Assembly: GCF_006345805.1 (NCBI RefSeq) | Contig: NC_043012.1 | Coordinates: forward strand, 55,180,001-55,244,000 | Origin: Octopus sinensis | Taxonomy: Eukaryota | Direction: 5' to 3' | Length of the DNA: 64,000 bases | Shown here: positions 38,874 to 51,916 of the stretch, piece by piece | Numbering within the stretch: position 1 is the stretch's first letter | How the letters are laid out: each line of letters begins with the position of its first letter | Made by a program: the position numbers and the translations under genes | The notes under the pieces: generated by a model | Databases searched by the model: none | What the model saw: only the letters and a program-made list of their open reading frames with translations | What the model was told of the DNA's origin: nothing

Positions 38874-39731
38874 TTAAAGGAATTTAATTCCTTGTCTTAG
38901 TATATATATATATTCTCTTTTTCCATCAATTAGAATTACTTCCTTTATATTTAACTGATTTTCATAGCGTCTGTTGCCATTTAACAGCCAACAAGAACGT
39001 ACTGTAGCTCTTCGCTCTGACATTCAAAACTCTGAGTATTAATAATGACAACTGTTTACTGTTTGCTCTATAAATTATAGAATATATATATATATATATA
39101 TATATATAAGTACCCTATTCTTAAATGCCTACAACCTCAGTATGTTGACACCTATAAGCAATGAAAATATAATTAACTACTTTTAGCCATAGGCTGAAAC
39201 AGCTGTAAGAAGTGATTTTAATGATTTCAATAAATTATATTATGAATTTTATAATTTGTATTCTTATCTTATATGTATTGAATCATAAGATATATTTGTA
39301 TGCTATTGAGGTTCTCATTTTGTTAAATGAATAAATAATCCAACATTATAATATCCGAAAGTTGATGAACAAACTAAATTTGTTTCTCCATTTTCTTATT
39401 TGTATTATATATATATAACGGGAAGGTTTACGAAAATAAACAAAAGACGAAGGCAGGTGGAGTACAAACAAACAAATGTATTAGTATGGCCCAGGAATAG
39501 AAATAGAACAAGTCTTTTACGTTTTGAGCCTACGCTCTTCGACAGAAAGATACACAAAAAAGAAACAAGGATAGAAACAAATGCGTGTAGGAGCTAACGG
39601 TCCATAATGGCGTTCTGACTTCAGGCAGAAATCAGAGGTCAGACGTTATATATATATTATATGCACATGCACCACAGGCACACACTCACACACACATATG
39701 TAAGGAGACAGACAACATACTATTAACTCAC

Positions 39732-39835
39732 CATTAAGAATGTATGCAGAATTTAAGGCCTTCTGGTACTGCTTGAGAACATTGACATAGAAAGTAGCTC
39801 GATCTCTCACTTCATCATCAGTATCAAGTTGGCAT
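39732..39835 (-). CDS. COPG: gamma-COP exon (104 nt; [34 protein letters not shown])
   Basis: Seen in ORF 39646..39894; [11 protein letters not shown] motif. ttcAG / GTgagt, phase 2-1. Confidence 0.96.
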
Positions 39836-40308
39836 CTGAAGAAACAGGTAACAACAATACTTAACAGTAGAAACAGTTTCAAATTGTGGCACAAAGCCAG
39901 GAATTTTGAAGGGAGTGGGGGATGGGGCAGTTTGATAGCATCAACATGACCAGTGTTTATTTTATTGATCCTGAAAGTATGAAAGGCAAAGTTGATTTTG
40001 CTGGGATCTGAGTTCAGAACATGACGAACTAGAAAAAAAATAACTCAAAGCATTTTGTCTGATGTGCTAAGAATTCTTCCAGCTTGTCATTGTACTTAAC
40101 TGTGAAAATAACGGTTTCAAATTTTGGCATAAGTCTAGCAATTTCAGGGCAGGGGTTAAGTTGATTACATTGACCCCAGTGCTCAACTGGTGCTTGTTGC
40201 ATCGACCCCGAAAGGATGAAGAAAAGTTGATTTTGGTGGAATTTGAACTCAAAATCTAAAGACAGATACCTCTAATAAGAACCCATTAAAGTTGTTAATA
40301 GTCTTTTT

Positions 40309-40475
40309 AGGTGCAGGAGTGGCCGTGTGGTAAGTAGCTTGCTTACCAACCACATGGTTCCGGGTTCAGTCCCAGTTTGTGACACCTTGGGCAAGTGTCT
40401 TCTACTATAGCGTCGGGCCAACCAAAGCCTTGTGTGGATTTGGTAGACGGAAACTGAAAGAAGCTCATCGTATAT

Positions 40476-40523
<48 letters not shown>

Positions 40524-40742
40524 ATATGTTTGTGTGTCTGTGTTTGTCTCCCCCACATCGCTTGACAACCGATGCTGGTGTATTTTTGTCCACGTAACTT
40601 AGCGGTTCGGCAAAAGACACCAATAGAATAAGTACTAGGTTTACAAAGAATAAGTCCTGGGGTCGATTTTCTCGACTAAAGGTGGTGATCCAGCATGGCC
40701 GCGGTCAAATGACTAAAACAAGTAAAGAGTAAAGAGAGAGTA
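40309..40742 (+). mobile_element. SINE family A, near full length
   Basis: Matches the consensus. Further copies at ~1770-1910, 4660-5020, 32098-32402, 48589-48820, 48908-49240, 58393-58787, 59464-59810 and 63756-64000. Confidence 0.9.
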
Positions 40743-41317
40743 AGCACTTTACCAGGCATGCTAACGGTTCTGCCAGCATACCACCTTGCTTAACTGTGAG
40801 AATATTAGCAAATAATCAACATTATTATTACATTAGCTAGATTAGTTTATATATAACTGTTTCGTTTAAAGCAATGTTGATTGTTTATATAAAAAATTAG
40901 CAAACTGGGATGAACTATCAAGCCATATTTCTTGTAAAATGACTGGTGGATGAGTGGCAGCAGTGTAGGGTTGAAAGAACTTTTAGTCTTGTCTTGTTGA
41001 AGACATGACAATTTATTTGGTACTAGTGCCATGAGAAATGCATTAAATACTCTCTAACCAGAGGTTGTTGATAGGAAGGACATCCAGCTGTAGGAACTTT
41101 GCCAAACTTAATAACATCTGAGTGAGATGTTGTTCCCTGGCCCCTCTAGGAGGATAATAACTCTGATAAAGAGCTAATTTGGACTCTATCGTCCAAACAT
41201 AGAGAGCAGATGTAAAATTATGATGATGAGGATGAGGAAGAATAGAAGCTTAATACTTCAGACAGGACCCTTCATTGGAGAAAGAGGAAATGTTTTCCAA
41301 TAGTGCTGGTTGTATTG

Positions 41318-41373
<56 letters not shown>

Positions 41374-41854
41374 GAGAGAGAGAGAGAGAGAAAGAGAAAA
41401 AGAGAGATGTTGATGTGAGATGTTGGTGCGGACCATAAGCAATCTTCTCTTCAATTTACTTTCCCACTCTATTATTTATAGTTTAACACTTTGGTACTAT
41501 GTATATATCCAAGAATGAGACATTTGACGAGATCAATATAGACACTGAACTATTCTGTACCTCTAAAAGATAAGATCAATAATTTGTAGAAATACATAAT
41601 CTTAATAACAATAATTCATTATGGACATTTAGAGAGTTTTGCATTCCTGTCTATGCTATATTTTGAATAGAGTATTCATTAAAAGACTGGAAGTATGCAA
41701 AAACATTATGCTAATAGTTTGATTGGCAAACTTTAAGATTGTAATATATTATGTAAAGAATAAAGATTTCTGAAATAACTTTTGAAGTCAATAAAAAGAA
41801 AAGCTTCACTCTTATATAATTTTATTTATAATCCACAAAAATAATCTTGCTTAC

Positions 41855-41930
41855 CTTTCTAAGAGCACAACACAGCTTGGTAAAAGATCTTCACACTGTG
41901 CTCCAAATTTAGCAAGGGCAGTAACAGCAG
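41855..41930 (-). CDS. COPG: gamma-COP exon (76 nt; AAVTALAKFGAQCEDLLPSCVVLLER)
   Basis: Matches the AV.ALAKFGA motif. ttttctgcAG / GTaagc, phase 1-2. Confidence 0.95.
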
Positions 41931-42231
41931 CTGCAGAAAATAATTGCAAGACAAATAATGAAAATTCTAAAACATGGTAATTTCAGGAAAGAATTTAATA
42001 CTGTATCTTTCAACATACAAGTTGAAATTTACTGCCAAAAAGGGTCAACTCGTACATTAAATTACTCTGAAGGACCAAAAATTCCTATGAAATGCAGCAG
42101 AATCGGGGAAGGTAGTGATGATGTTTGACTGTTTATATTCTATACTGGCTTGTATGCCAGAGAATATGGTATGTGTTTATAGTTTAAATGATAGTCAATA
42201 GAATTAAAGAGTCACCTAGTTATGTGTTTAA

Positions 42232-42451
42232 CCCTTTTATTACCAACCCGGCTGAAACCAGCTCTGGCTCTGAGTACAAATGTCCTGCTTTCATAAGTTT
42301 TGAATTAAAATCTTCCACCAAACCTAAGTCACAATTTATGTTCCTAACACTAGCTGAATGATAATTAAGTTATTTTACTAAATTCTTTGTTATATTTAAA
42401 GTAATTGAAAGAAACACTGAGCATCTCAAAATAAATACAGTAATGAAAGGG
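42232..42451. mobile_element. piggyBac-type MITE (220 bp), copy 2
   Basis: Same length and sequence family as 38654-38873; right TSD degenerate (TAAA). Confidence 0.88.
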
Positions 42452-42900
42452 TAAAAATTGTAGCAAGAATATTGGTTGAAGCCCAAACATCAGTTTGGGC
42501 CTAGGAATTGATACCAAAATCATTGTGTTCAGAAGTGAAACTAAATCTAAACAGCAAACAGGATTCTGTCACAGATTGATGATATCAGCAAGTGACTGGC
42601 TATTCAGATCTCATGCAGAAACATTAAAAGCTTGCTTTTATTAGAAGCTGGGCTGAGCAGTGAAAATACAAGCAGATGCTTAACTTGTTAAAATCTCAGA
42701 TATTGTAAACAACTATTTTTGGATAAACAATATATTGAAATGTAATTAACACTCTTGTGTTTGGTGCCATTTTTTTGACATATAAATGGTTTACCTATGG
42801 CCAGTGATCATAACACAGCTGATGCCAACAGGTTGCAGGAAGATATACCATTCAACAATGGCTGCAAAATTCAACAACTATTAGTCCACTATATTTGCCA

Positions 42901-43325
42901 AGGATCTTTTCGGTTTGAACGGCAGTTTTTTAAAATAATTTCCACGTAACTAAACACTTTTAAACTTCGTATACTGGTAGAATGTGTTTATATAAAACAT
43001 CTTTTTCTCTTGGCGTTATTGAGAAAATTCTATGGTTTGTAAGATATTTGTTGTTTTTTTTCTTCAATTTCTGCAATTTCAACCAATCAATGACGTCTAT
43101 TGAGGTGAAAACATTCTGTGCCGTATGAATATGTCCCTCGTTTAAGAAACAGATTGGGTTTATTTACATTTGTGAAGAAAAAAAGATACCCTTCCCCCCA
43201 CCCTTAACCCTAACTAACCCTAAAACAGATTGAAATGCAATAGATCGATACTAGGGTCATAATTATGGTTGATAATTTCATATGACACTGCTAGAAAAAA
43301 CTGCCATTCAAACCGAAAAGTTCCT
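42901..43325. mobile_element. MITE with ~30-bp terminal inverted repeats
   Basis: AGGATCTTTTCGGTTTGAACGGCAGTTTTT ... AAAAAACTGCCATTCAAACCGAAAAGTTCCT. TSD unclear, superfamily uncertain. Confidence 0.8.
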
Positions 43326-43388
43326 CTGCCAATGATACACAAGAACTAGTTAACCAGGCTTCATATTCCTTCCTGTCTTTGAAGCTCT

Positions 43389-43712
43389 TATTACTATTAT
43401 TATTGTTGTTCGACCGTGGTCGAGACAATGGAATTTACAATGTTACGCCAGACCTCACGGTCCATCATAGCATTACGGAGGTCCTGTTGCTGGATGCCTG
43501 TATCCCTGGAGATTACATCAGGGTAGGAGAGTGTGCGCCCTCTGGTATCGCGAGCAGATGGCTTCCAGAGGAGAAGAGTAGAAATTACCTCGTTTTCAGC
43601 TCTATAACAATGTCCAGCAAACTGGACTCTTCTACCTTTCACAAGAGATGATACAGGTGGTAATTTCCCATATATTTGTACGTTGGTTGGATGATTAACA
43701 GAAAACCTGATA
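43389..43712 (-). mobile_element. Young RTE LINE 3' end, copy 3, with (AAT)n tail
   Basis: C-terminal part of ORF 43400..44167. Confidence 0.9.
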
Positions 43713-43854
43713 TAATTAAAATATTTTTCAAAAAAACGTAAGCTTTTATTGCAATTATAAGGGATTAAAATTGGGCCCCCGGCCCAAAAAATTAAGAGTT
43801 CTGTAAAGGAAGATTCTATGTGAGGAGTAAAAATGAAGAATGAAATGACATTAC

Positions 43855-44019
43855 CAGCTCTTACAGCAGCATTTTCTAGAATAACTCTATTGTAGATAAA
43901 TCTGATGTATTTAGAAGGTGTTGGAGTACGTGGTCCTTCGCGGCCAAGAAGATGAAGAATGCGGGTTGCCAGAACTGTATGTTCACAATCTTCGATGAAT
44001 TCACACAAATGGGCCAAAC
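43855..44019 (-). CDS. COPG: gamma-COP exon (165 nt; [30 protein letters not shown]...ENAAVRA)
   Basis: Inside ORF 43400..44167. tctcAG / GTaatg, phase 1-1. Confidence 0.97.
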
Positions 44020-45442
44020 CTGAGAGAAAATATAACTGCAGTGAAAATTCACTTTCATGGTGGAGCATATATGTGTGTGTGTGCATGCGTCTATATAACT
44101 GTGTACATGTGAGTGTGTCAGTATGTATGTGTGTTGCTATGAAGCTCAATTTGTAACTACATTCCACAGCATGGCACTATGGGCAAGCATCTTTTACTAT
44201 TGCCTTGGGCCGACCAATGCCTCGTGAATGAATTTGGAAGACAGAGAGTGAGAAAACCTATCATATATGTATATTTGTGTGTGTGTGTGTGTGTGTATGT
44301 TTGTCTTTGTGGTTGTCTCCCCAGTATCGCTTGACAACTGGTGTTGGTATGGTTACGTCTCTGTAACTTAGCAATTCAGCAACAGAGAGCGATAGAATAA
44401 GTACCAGACTTAAAAAAAAAAAAATTCTGAAGTGCTAAGGTTGATTTGTTCGACCAAACAACTTTCCAAGGTGGCACCCCAGCATGGCTGTGATCCAAAG
44501 ACTAAAACAAGTGAAAGATGAAGGAAAATATACACTCATGAATTCTCTGTCAGCTGAGCATTCACTCTTTTGATCAACCGAATTCCTATTTGTGAACAGT
44601 GTAGTGGCTGAATATTCCACATGTAAAAAGCACCTGTGCTGGTGTCATGTGAATAGCATTTGTGCTGGGCCATGTTAAATTCATCTGTGTTGGAGCCACA
44701 AAGAAAACAACTGTGCTGGTGTCACTTATGTAGCACTCATGCAGGTGCCATATAAAAAAGGACCCATGCTGATCCATGTGAAAAGTGAAAAGCACCTGTA
44801 CCAGGGCCACAAAAAAAAAAAAAGGACTTGTGCTATTGTCATGTAAAAAACACCCAGCACACTCTGTAAAGCGGTTGGTGTTAGGAAGGGTATCCAGCGA
44901 AAACGAAGCTAAATCAAACTGGAACCTGGTGCAGTTCTCAAATTTGCCAGCTCAGGTCAAATCGTCCATCCCATGCCAGCATGGAAAAATGGAAGTTAAA
45001 TGATGATGATGATAATAAAGAAGAACAACAACACACAGCCAATCTGGAATCCAAACCATGATTGTGAATGTAACACCCTAACCAGCATTAGGTCACGTGT
45101 CTTTATGGTATGACAGTGTAATGGAATGAAAAAACCCACCTGACCTATGCAGGAATGGAATAATTAGACAAAAAAATGATGATGATAAGGAAGGTTCCAA
45201 TGTTTGAGCAGTACCCTATATCAGAACACGAGATTTTCTGATGGTACTGAATAAATAGCTTGGAACCATTCAGAAAGCCTTATACCAATTTCTGTCTGAA
45301 ATTTTAAGATTTGAACTCCCCATCCCCGCACTCCCAGCAAGTTACTTTAATTTCATTTTTGATTTGTTTGCTCTCCATTTTGCTTTGCTGTACAAGATTC
45401 ACTGCTAATTTCAATTGTGAGGTTTATTTTAAATACACATAC

Positions 45443-45521
45443 CAGCTTCTTTTGCATCTGGGTTTTCATCAATGATAACAATGATATTGTTCACTATAGC
45501 TCGCTTGTAATCAAAGCCACC
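45443..45521 (-). CDS. COPG: gamma-COP exon (79 nt; [26 protein letters not shown])
   Basis: Matches the GGF.YKRAIV..II.II.EN motif. ttgcAG / GTatgt, phase 0-1. Confidence 0.95.
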
Positions 45522-46554
45522 CTGCAACAGAACAACACAAGAGGAGATATTAAAGTAAATACCAATATAAATTTATCCAACTTAAAATGAAATTTAATCA
45601 AAACACTAAAGTGTGTATATATATATGTATATATATATAAAATTATAATTTAGGGTATCTAAGAGATACCACCTCGCTGGAAATAGCAGCCAAATCTTGA
45701 CTCTAAAACTACATTTTAGAGTCAAGTTTTGGCTGCTATTTCCAGCATGGTGGTATCCCTTAGATACCCTAAATTATAATTTTAATAATAATCATTACCT
45801 TTGAAGGTTTTTTTCCCCATGCTGGCCATTTGATAAGATCAATATTTAAATTAACGATCTTATCCTTATTTATATATATATATATATAAGAAAAGAGCCC
45901 CTTTGGTCATGAATGATCATGAGATTGCATCTAGAAAGTTACCACCAAGGCACAAGTCCTGACAAGGTTGTTTATGGAAGGCAAGCAGTTGCCCATGCAT
46001 ATCAGCCTTCCTTTTCCACACCACTAGTGTTATCCAAGAGAAAGGCAAAGGCCGACACAGCTTGGCACCAGTGACATCGCAATTCATTTCTACAGTTGAG
46101 TGAACTGGAACAATGTGAAATAAAGTGTCTCGCTCTAGAACACAACACACAGCCTGGTCTGGGAATCAAACTCACTACCTCATGATTGTGAGCCCGACAC
46201 TCTAATCACCAAGCCATGAGCCTTCACTTATATATATATAATATGAAAATAAATTCTCATTAAGAAGGAAATAAACCTTTTGAAATGTTGAGAAGAAAAA
46301 CAAAAAATTTTAAGAATTCAATCCTTTAACATTGAGAATATTTTGTCAAATGTAATGCTTATTTATTCATGTTGTTCTGAATTAATCATGTATTATCTTG
46401 TAATTTTGAGATTTTAATAATGAGACTGCTTATTTTCAGAATGACTAGCACTATGACCCAGTGCTTATTTTCAGAATGACTAGCACTATGACCCAGTCAA
46501 GCTGTCCAACCCATGCCAGCATGGAAAGCAGTTGGGTCATAGTGCTAGTGCATG

Positions 46555-46877
46555 CATATACAGCTGCGAGCGTGCGCACATACACGCGAGTACTGTCCAA
46601 ATCTCCAACCAATCATATACAGCTAGCTGGCATTCAATTGGCGTATCAAGTTTCGGGCATTTTGATTGGGTTTTGGGTAGAAAATTCACAAATAAGTCAC
46701 TTCTATTGATTTTTTAATGGCTTTGCGGGGTGACTGGGGAAATGTAAAGATGTGCACGACCACCCTTGGACGGTTTTGAATGACCATAGAAAGTGCGAGC
46801 CCTCTAACTGAAAAATTATGGATTTGTATAAAGGACACACACACAGACAGACATTTTGCCGTTAATATATATAGAGA
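46555..46877 (-). mobile_element. Helitron-like 5' fragment
   Basis: Minus strand starts TCTCTATATATATTAACGGCAAAATGTCTGTCTGTGTG; CpG-rich; no 3' end seen. Confidence 0.5.
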
Positions 46878-47854
46878 GATATTGTAGGGTAGGTGTGAGA
46901 GGCCAGATTTGGCTGGTTTGAACATAAAACAGGTAAGCTATTGTGGTCTGATATGGCTGGTTTAACACTTTAGCATTTAAACTGGTCATATCCAGCCAAA
47001 AATAATTTACCTGTTTTATCCTCATAGTAGCCAGATCCAGCCTCTCACACATACCTAACATTATTATTCTAAAAATAAACAATTACATCATCATTATTGT
47101 CGTTTAACGTCTGCTTTCCATGCTGGCATGGGTTGGACGGCTTGACTGAGGACTGGTGAGCCAGAAGGCTGCACCAGGCTCAAATCTGATCTGGCAAAGT
47201 TTCTACAGCTGGATGCCCTTCCTAACGCCAACCACTCCGAGAGTGTAGTGGGTGCTTTTATGTGCCATCGGCACGAAGGCCAGTTAGGTGGTACTGGCAT
47301 CGACCACGCTCAAATGGTGATTTTTACGTGCCACCTGCTCAGGAGCCAGTCTGGTGGCACTGACAACGATCACGCTCGAATGGTGCTTTTTATGTGCCAC
47401 CGGCATGGGAGCCAGTCAGCAGCCCTGGCAATGATATTGCTCAGATGGTGCGTTTAACATTCTAACTCATAACAAGGCAAATAAATAAGCAAGCTGGCAG
47501 AAGCGTTAGCATGCTGGGCGAAATGCTTAGCAGCGTTTCATCTGCCATTACGTTCTGAGTTCAAACTTTGCCAAGGTCGATTTTGTCTTTCATCCTTTCG
47601 GGGTTGATTAAATAAGTACCAGTTACGCACTGGGATCGATGTAATCGACTTAATCCCTTTGTCTGTCCCCTCTATGTTTAGCCCCCTGTGGGTAATAAAG
47701 AGATAAATAGGCATTATATTTGGGATAGAATGCTGAAAGAGTTAATCTTCATCCCCACTCCACAAAAAAAAAAAAAACAACACACAAGAAATACAAAGAA
47801 TTTTTGAACTAGTCAGCAAAAATGGGTATCAATATTAATATAGTAATTATTTAC

Positions 47855-47927
47855 CTCATCTCTTAACATAGAAGAAAGGAAGTTCATCACAACGTTATGT
47901 TTGCGAGGGAATTTCAGGCAAAGAGAT
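47855..47927 (-). CDS. COPG: gamma-COP exon (73 nt; SLCLKFPRKHNVVMNFLSSMLRDE)
   Basis: Matches the LC.K.PRKH...MNFL..MLR motif. ttctctAG / GTaaat, phase 2-0. Confidence 0.95.
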
Positions 47928-48627
47928 CTAGAGAATAGAAAAGGAACAGAAAAAATGTTTTAAATCCATTTACACATAATTTTGAATTTGATGAAATTCT
48001 ACACAGATATCTGCATTTAGCTCTACCCTAGGTGCCAAGTGAAGACTTAAAAAAACCCAAAAAACCCTACAGAATGGTGGATGAAAGAATCATTCAGATC
48101 AGTAGAGCATTGGACAAAATTACTCATGGTATTTTCTTAAGGCCCTCATGCTTTCCGAAATCCGCCGAAACTACACCTGATTATATATACACTTTAGATG
48201 AGCACTGTACACAATTATTATTATTATTATTATTATTAAACCCTCAAGTTTTATTGGCCTAGGTGTTATCATGCATAGCACATTTCTAGATCCTAGCTAA
48301 ATGCATTCCTGAGGAAATAAATGGTTAAAAAAAATGTGTGGCAAGTAGGATTGAAACCAAACTCTCAGAAGCACCTTTATGTATTTACCAATCATGCTAT
48401 GGGTTATTATTCTTCAATGAATCTCCTTTCAACTTATGTTATACCTGTAGACATGAAATATACTGACATCACCAGCCTGGGAAGGTTTGCAAAAAAGATT
48501 GGTGTTGCTACTCTCACTCACACTAAAATAACACATTAACAGCTTTCATCTGCATACAGAGTAGTCTTTCTTCAGTTTCTACTGCTGTTAAGAGATGTTG
48601 GGGGAACAAACACAGACACACACACAC

Positions 48628-48658
<31 letters not shown>

Positions 48659-49294
48659 CAATGGGCTTCTTTCAGTTTCTGTATACCAAATCCACTCACA
48701 AGGCTTTAGTTGGCCCGAGGCTATAGTAGAAGACACTTGCCCAAGGTACCATGCAGTGGGACTGAACCCAGAACCATGTGGTTCATAAGCAAGCTACTTA
48801 CCACACAGCCACTCCTATGCCTATATATATATATATATACATACACGTAGTAGTACTATAATAAATCATCAGTGACCTAAAGCCCTCATATTCTATATAT
48901 ATATATATTGTTTTACTTGTTTCAGTCACTTTACTGCAGCCATGCTGGAGCACCGCCTTTAGTCAAGCAAATTGACTCTAGGACTTATTCTTTGTAAGCT
49001 TAGTACTTATTCTCTTGGTTTCCTTTGCCAAACCACTAAGTTACGGGGGACTTAAATGCACCAGCATCAGTTGTGAAGGACAGGCTTCTTTCAGTTTCTG
49101 TCTACCAAATCCACTCACAAGGCTTTGGTTGGCCCGAGACAATAGTAAAAGACACTTGCCCAAGGCGCCACAGTGAGACTGAACCTGGAACCATGTAGTT
49201 GGGAAGCAAGCTACTTACCACACAGCCAATCCTGCACCTATACACACACACTCCTGCTTTCTTGTCATTGATTAATAATATATATATATATATA

Positions 49295-49813
49295 TCTATA
49301 TATATATAAAACTGTAGTTGTGTGAGTGTCTGTCTCCTACGATTTAGATTCCTAACTACTCCCACATTTTGCGGTGCAGTTTAACCAAAACCGGGTATCT
49401 TATAGTCGTGATTCATATCGAGCCCGTCTGAGTATTAGCGCGCGTCTACGACGAGTCTACGATTTAAAAAATAATTTAACATCATTTTTTATTCCATTTT
49501 AATGCATAATTTTTCGTGTGTCGATGGCGGCGGAGTTGGCGTCCACGCTCAAACACCTGCACCTGTGTTTGCTTCTCCCCCGTCTTCCCTCCCTCGTGAA
49601 GCTGTGGGGAAGGGAGTGTAAGGAAATCAACGTCGTAAAGCGTTGTCAAGGAGACCAGCTTTCTTTTAGAACAACGACTTCATGGCTTGAAGACACCAAA
49701 ACAGAAATGGCTAAGAAAGCCCGAATCGGCATCTATAAGGGAAGTAAGTCTCTAAAAATGCTTATATAGTTATTTCCCTTACAAACCCGAGCAACGCCGG
49801 GCGATACTGCTAG
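49295..49813 (+). mobile_element. Non-autonomous Helitron
   Basis: 5' TC(TATATATATAAAACTG), subterminal hairpin CCCG-AGCAACGC-CGGG, 3' CTAG followed by T, inserted in an AT microsatellite. High CpG suggests a young insertion. Confidence 0.8.
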
Positions 49814-49863
49814 TATATATATATATATATATATAATAGAAATAATCCAAACTTTGTACAAAC

Positions 49864-49964
49864 CTTATTGCTTGAACAACAACAATTTTGAATTCATCGG
49901 AAATTTCATTCATGAAATTTGAAATCTGCTTCATCAGACGATCAACACTGCTTTCACTTCCAGT
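49864..49964 (-). CDS. COPG: gamma-COP exon (101 nt; [33 protein letters not shown])
   Basis: Strong motif match. cttctAG / GTttgt (weak donor), phase 0-2. Confidence 0.95.
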
Positions 49965-50792
49965 CTAGAAGTAAAATAATGCGACATATATTATTTTTAT
50001 TTTAAGAGAGGTGTTTTACTGCCATTTGTTAAATTCGTATCTTATATGTTTACTGAAACACATTCATAACACAAATATACATACATACACCTTCTACTTG
50101 GTTTATGACCTATGTGACTTATGACCATCTGCAGTGAAGACTACAAAAAATAAACGAAAAATCGATTTTCGGATGTCGGGCAGCTGCGTGTATGATAACT
50201 ATGGCAGCATCTGGCAATGCAGGCATCCACTGCCTACCATTGTCTTTCACACTATCACTTTCAAGCATCATTTGCATCAATGAAGATAGTGTTGAAAACT
50301 ATAAATCTGACATACAACCAGATCAACTTCAGGACAAGAAAATCCATCATATATATATACACACACACAGGCTTCTTTTGGTTTCTGTCTATCAAATCCA
50401 CTCACAAGGCTTTGATTGGCTTGTGGCTACTGCAGGAAAAACTTGTCCAAGGTACTGCACAGTGGGAGTGAACCCAAAACTATGTAGTTCGAATGTAAAC
50501 TTCTAAACCATTCTTAACCACACGCCCATGCCAGCACCAACCAGTGTCATATCCTTAAATGTCTTTGATAAGGAAACTAAGGCCAGACCTATATGAGAAA
50601 TAGTTATTTAAAATAATCGAGAAGAAATAAACTACTGAGATTTACACACACACACGTATATAAACCTTTCTTTCTGTCTTCCTTTCTCTCTTTCCTTTTT
50701 TTATCCTCTAACCAAGCCTCCAAAAATTCACTACACGTTTATCTCTATAAATGTGTGTATACAGAATTAGTAAGGAAATAAAAAAGGCAAAC

Positions 50793-50903
50793 CTTAAGAA
50801 GAGTTGTGATAGCAAGTGTTGCTATGCTCCGGTTCAGGTCTGTGATCAGATTTTCCAAATCCAGATTACATGCAGTCACTGCTGCAGGATGTTTCATGGC
50901 TAC
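50793..50903 (-). CDS. COPG: gamma-COP exon (111 nt; [37 protein letters not shown])
   Basis: Strong motif match. ttgttAG / GTttgc (weak donor), phase 0-0. Confidence 0.95.
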
Positions 50904-51916
50904 CTAACAATGGTAAATAAAGAAATACAGGATTAGAAGAGCCACATTCTAACAATGTGTGTGAGTGTGTGTTTGTATACACACATACACACACACAAAT
51001 GATGAAATTAAAGAATTTCATTGAAATCAAATAGCAATTTTCTTTTTACTTTATTTGTTTTTCAATAACTAAACTGACCCCCAAAATTAATACTGCAAAC
51101 CAATATAAAGCATTGGGGGATTTAAAGCCTATTGCATATATATATATATATATATATATATACGAGCAAAACGCCTGTCTGTCCAATGGAGTTGTCAAAC
51201 ATTTAAACCAAATTTTCTCAAAACAACTTGTCTGACCGTCCCATAGGCCTCCTCTTTGAGAAACACTGATTTAACCTAAATTTGAGACACCAGCAAAAGA
51301 AGGAATAAAGATAGACTTTTTTTCTATTCCAAGAAAAACGATTTTATAAATGCACGTTCCCACAGCTTTATCAATCACATTCTCACCTGGAATTGATTTT
51401 TGTAATTTTTTCAAGACTTATACATGCCCTGATACCATTGGTATGTACATATTAAACTTGAGCGCAATTGGATGGAGGAAGCCCAAGATCCTAGAAGACA
51501 CACACACAGACACACAGACAGAACAGATTTTATATAATATATATATACAGAAGATATGAGGAGTTTAGGTCAAGGTAACCCAAACTAAGAGGTACGTGTT
51601 CTGAATGCTCCAATAGGTAATCCACCAAAATTCCTGCTAGAACAGCAGCAGGAGTTGTGGTTGTGTGAATGTCTCGTTCGAAAAAAAACTGGGAACTGGT
51701 AGCTTGCCTTTGGGTCAGTAGATATTAGTTAAAGTAGTGAAGAAGGCAAACAATTAGTCAATAATAAAAAACTGGTGTCTCTACTATCTTTACCCATTTT
51801 ATATTATTTTACTATTTTCAGATTGAATTAAATGAATTTAAATGTTATAGTTCTGCCATGACTAATTGTTTGCCTTCCTCACTACTTTAACTGATATATA
51901 TATACATACATACATA

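Noticed and set aside
43203-43223. Telomere-like CCCTAA units
   Set aside because: Only two or three degenerate units, internal to a MITE. Not an interstitial telomere.
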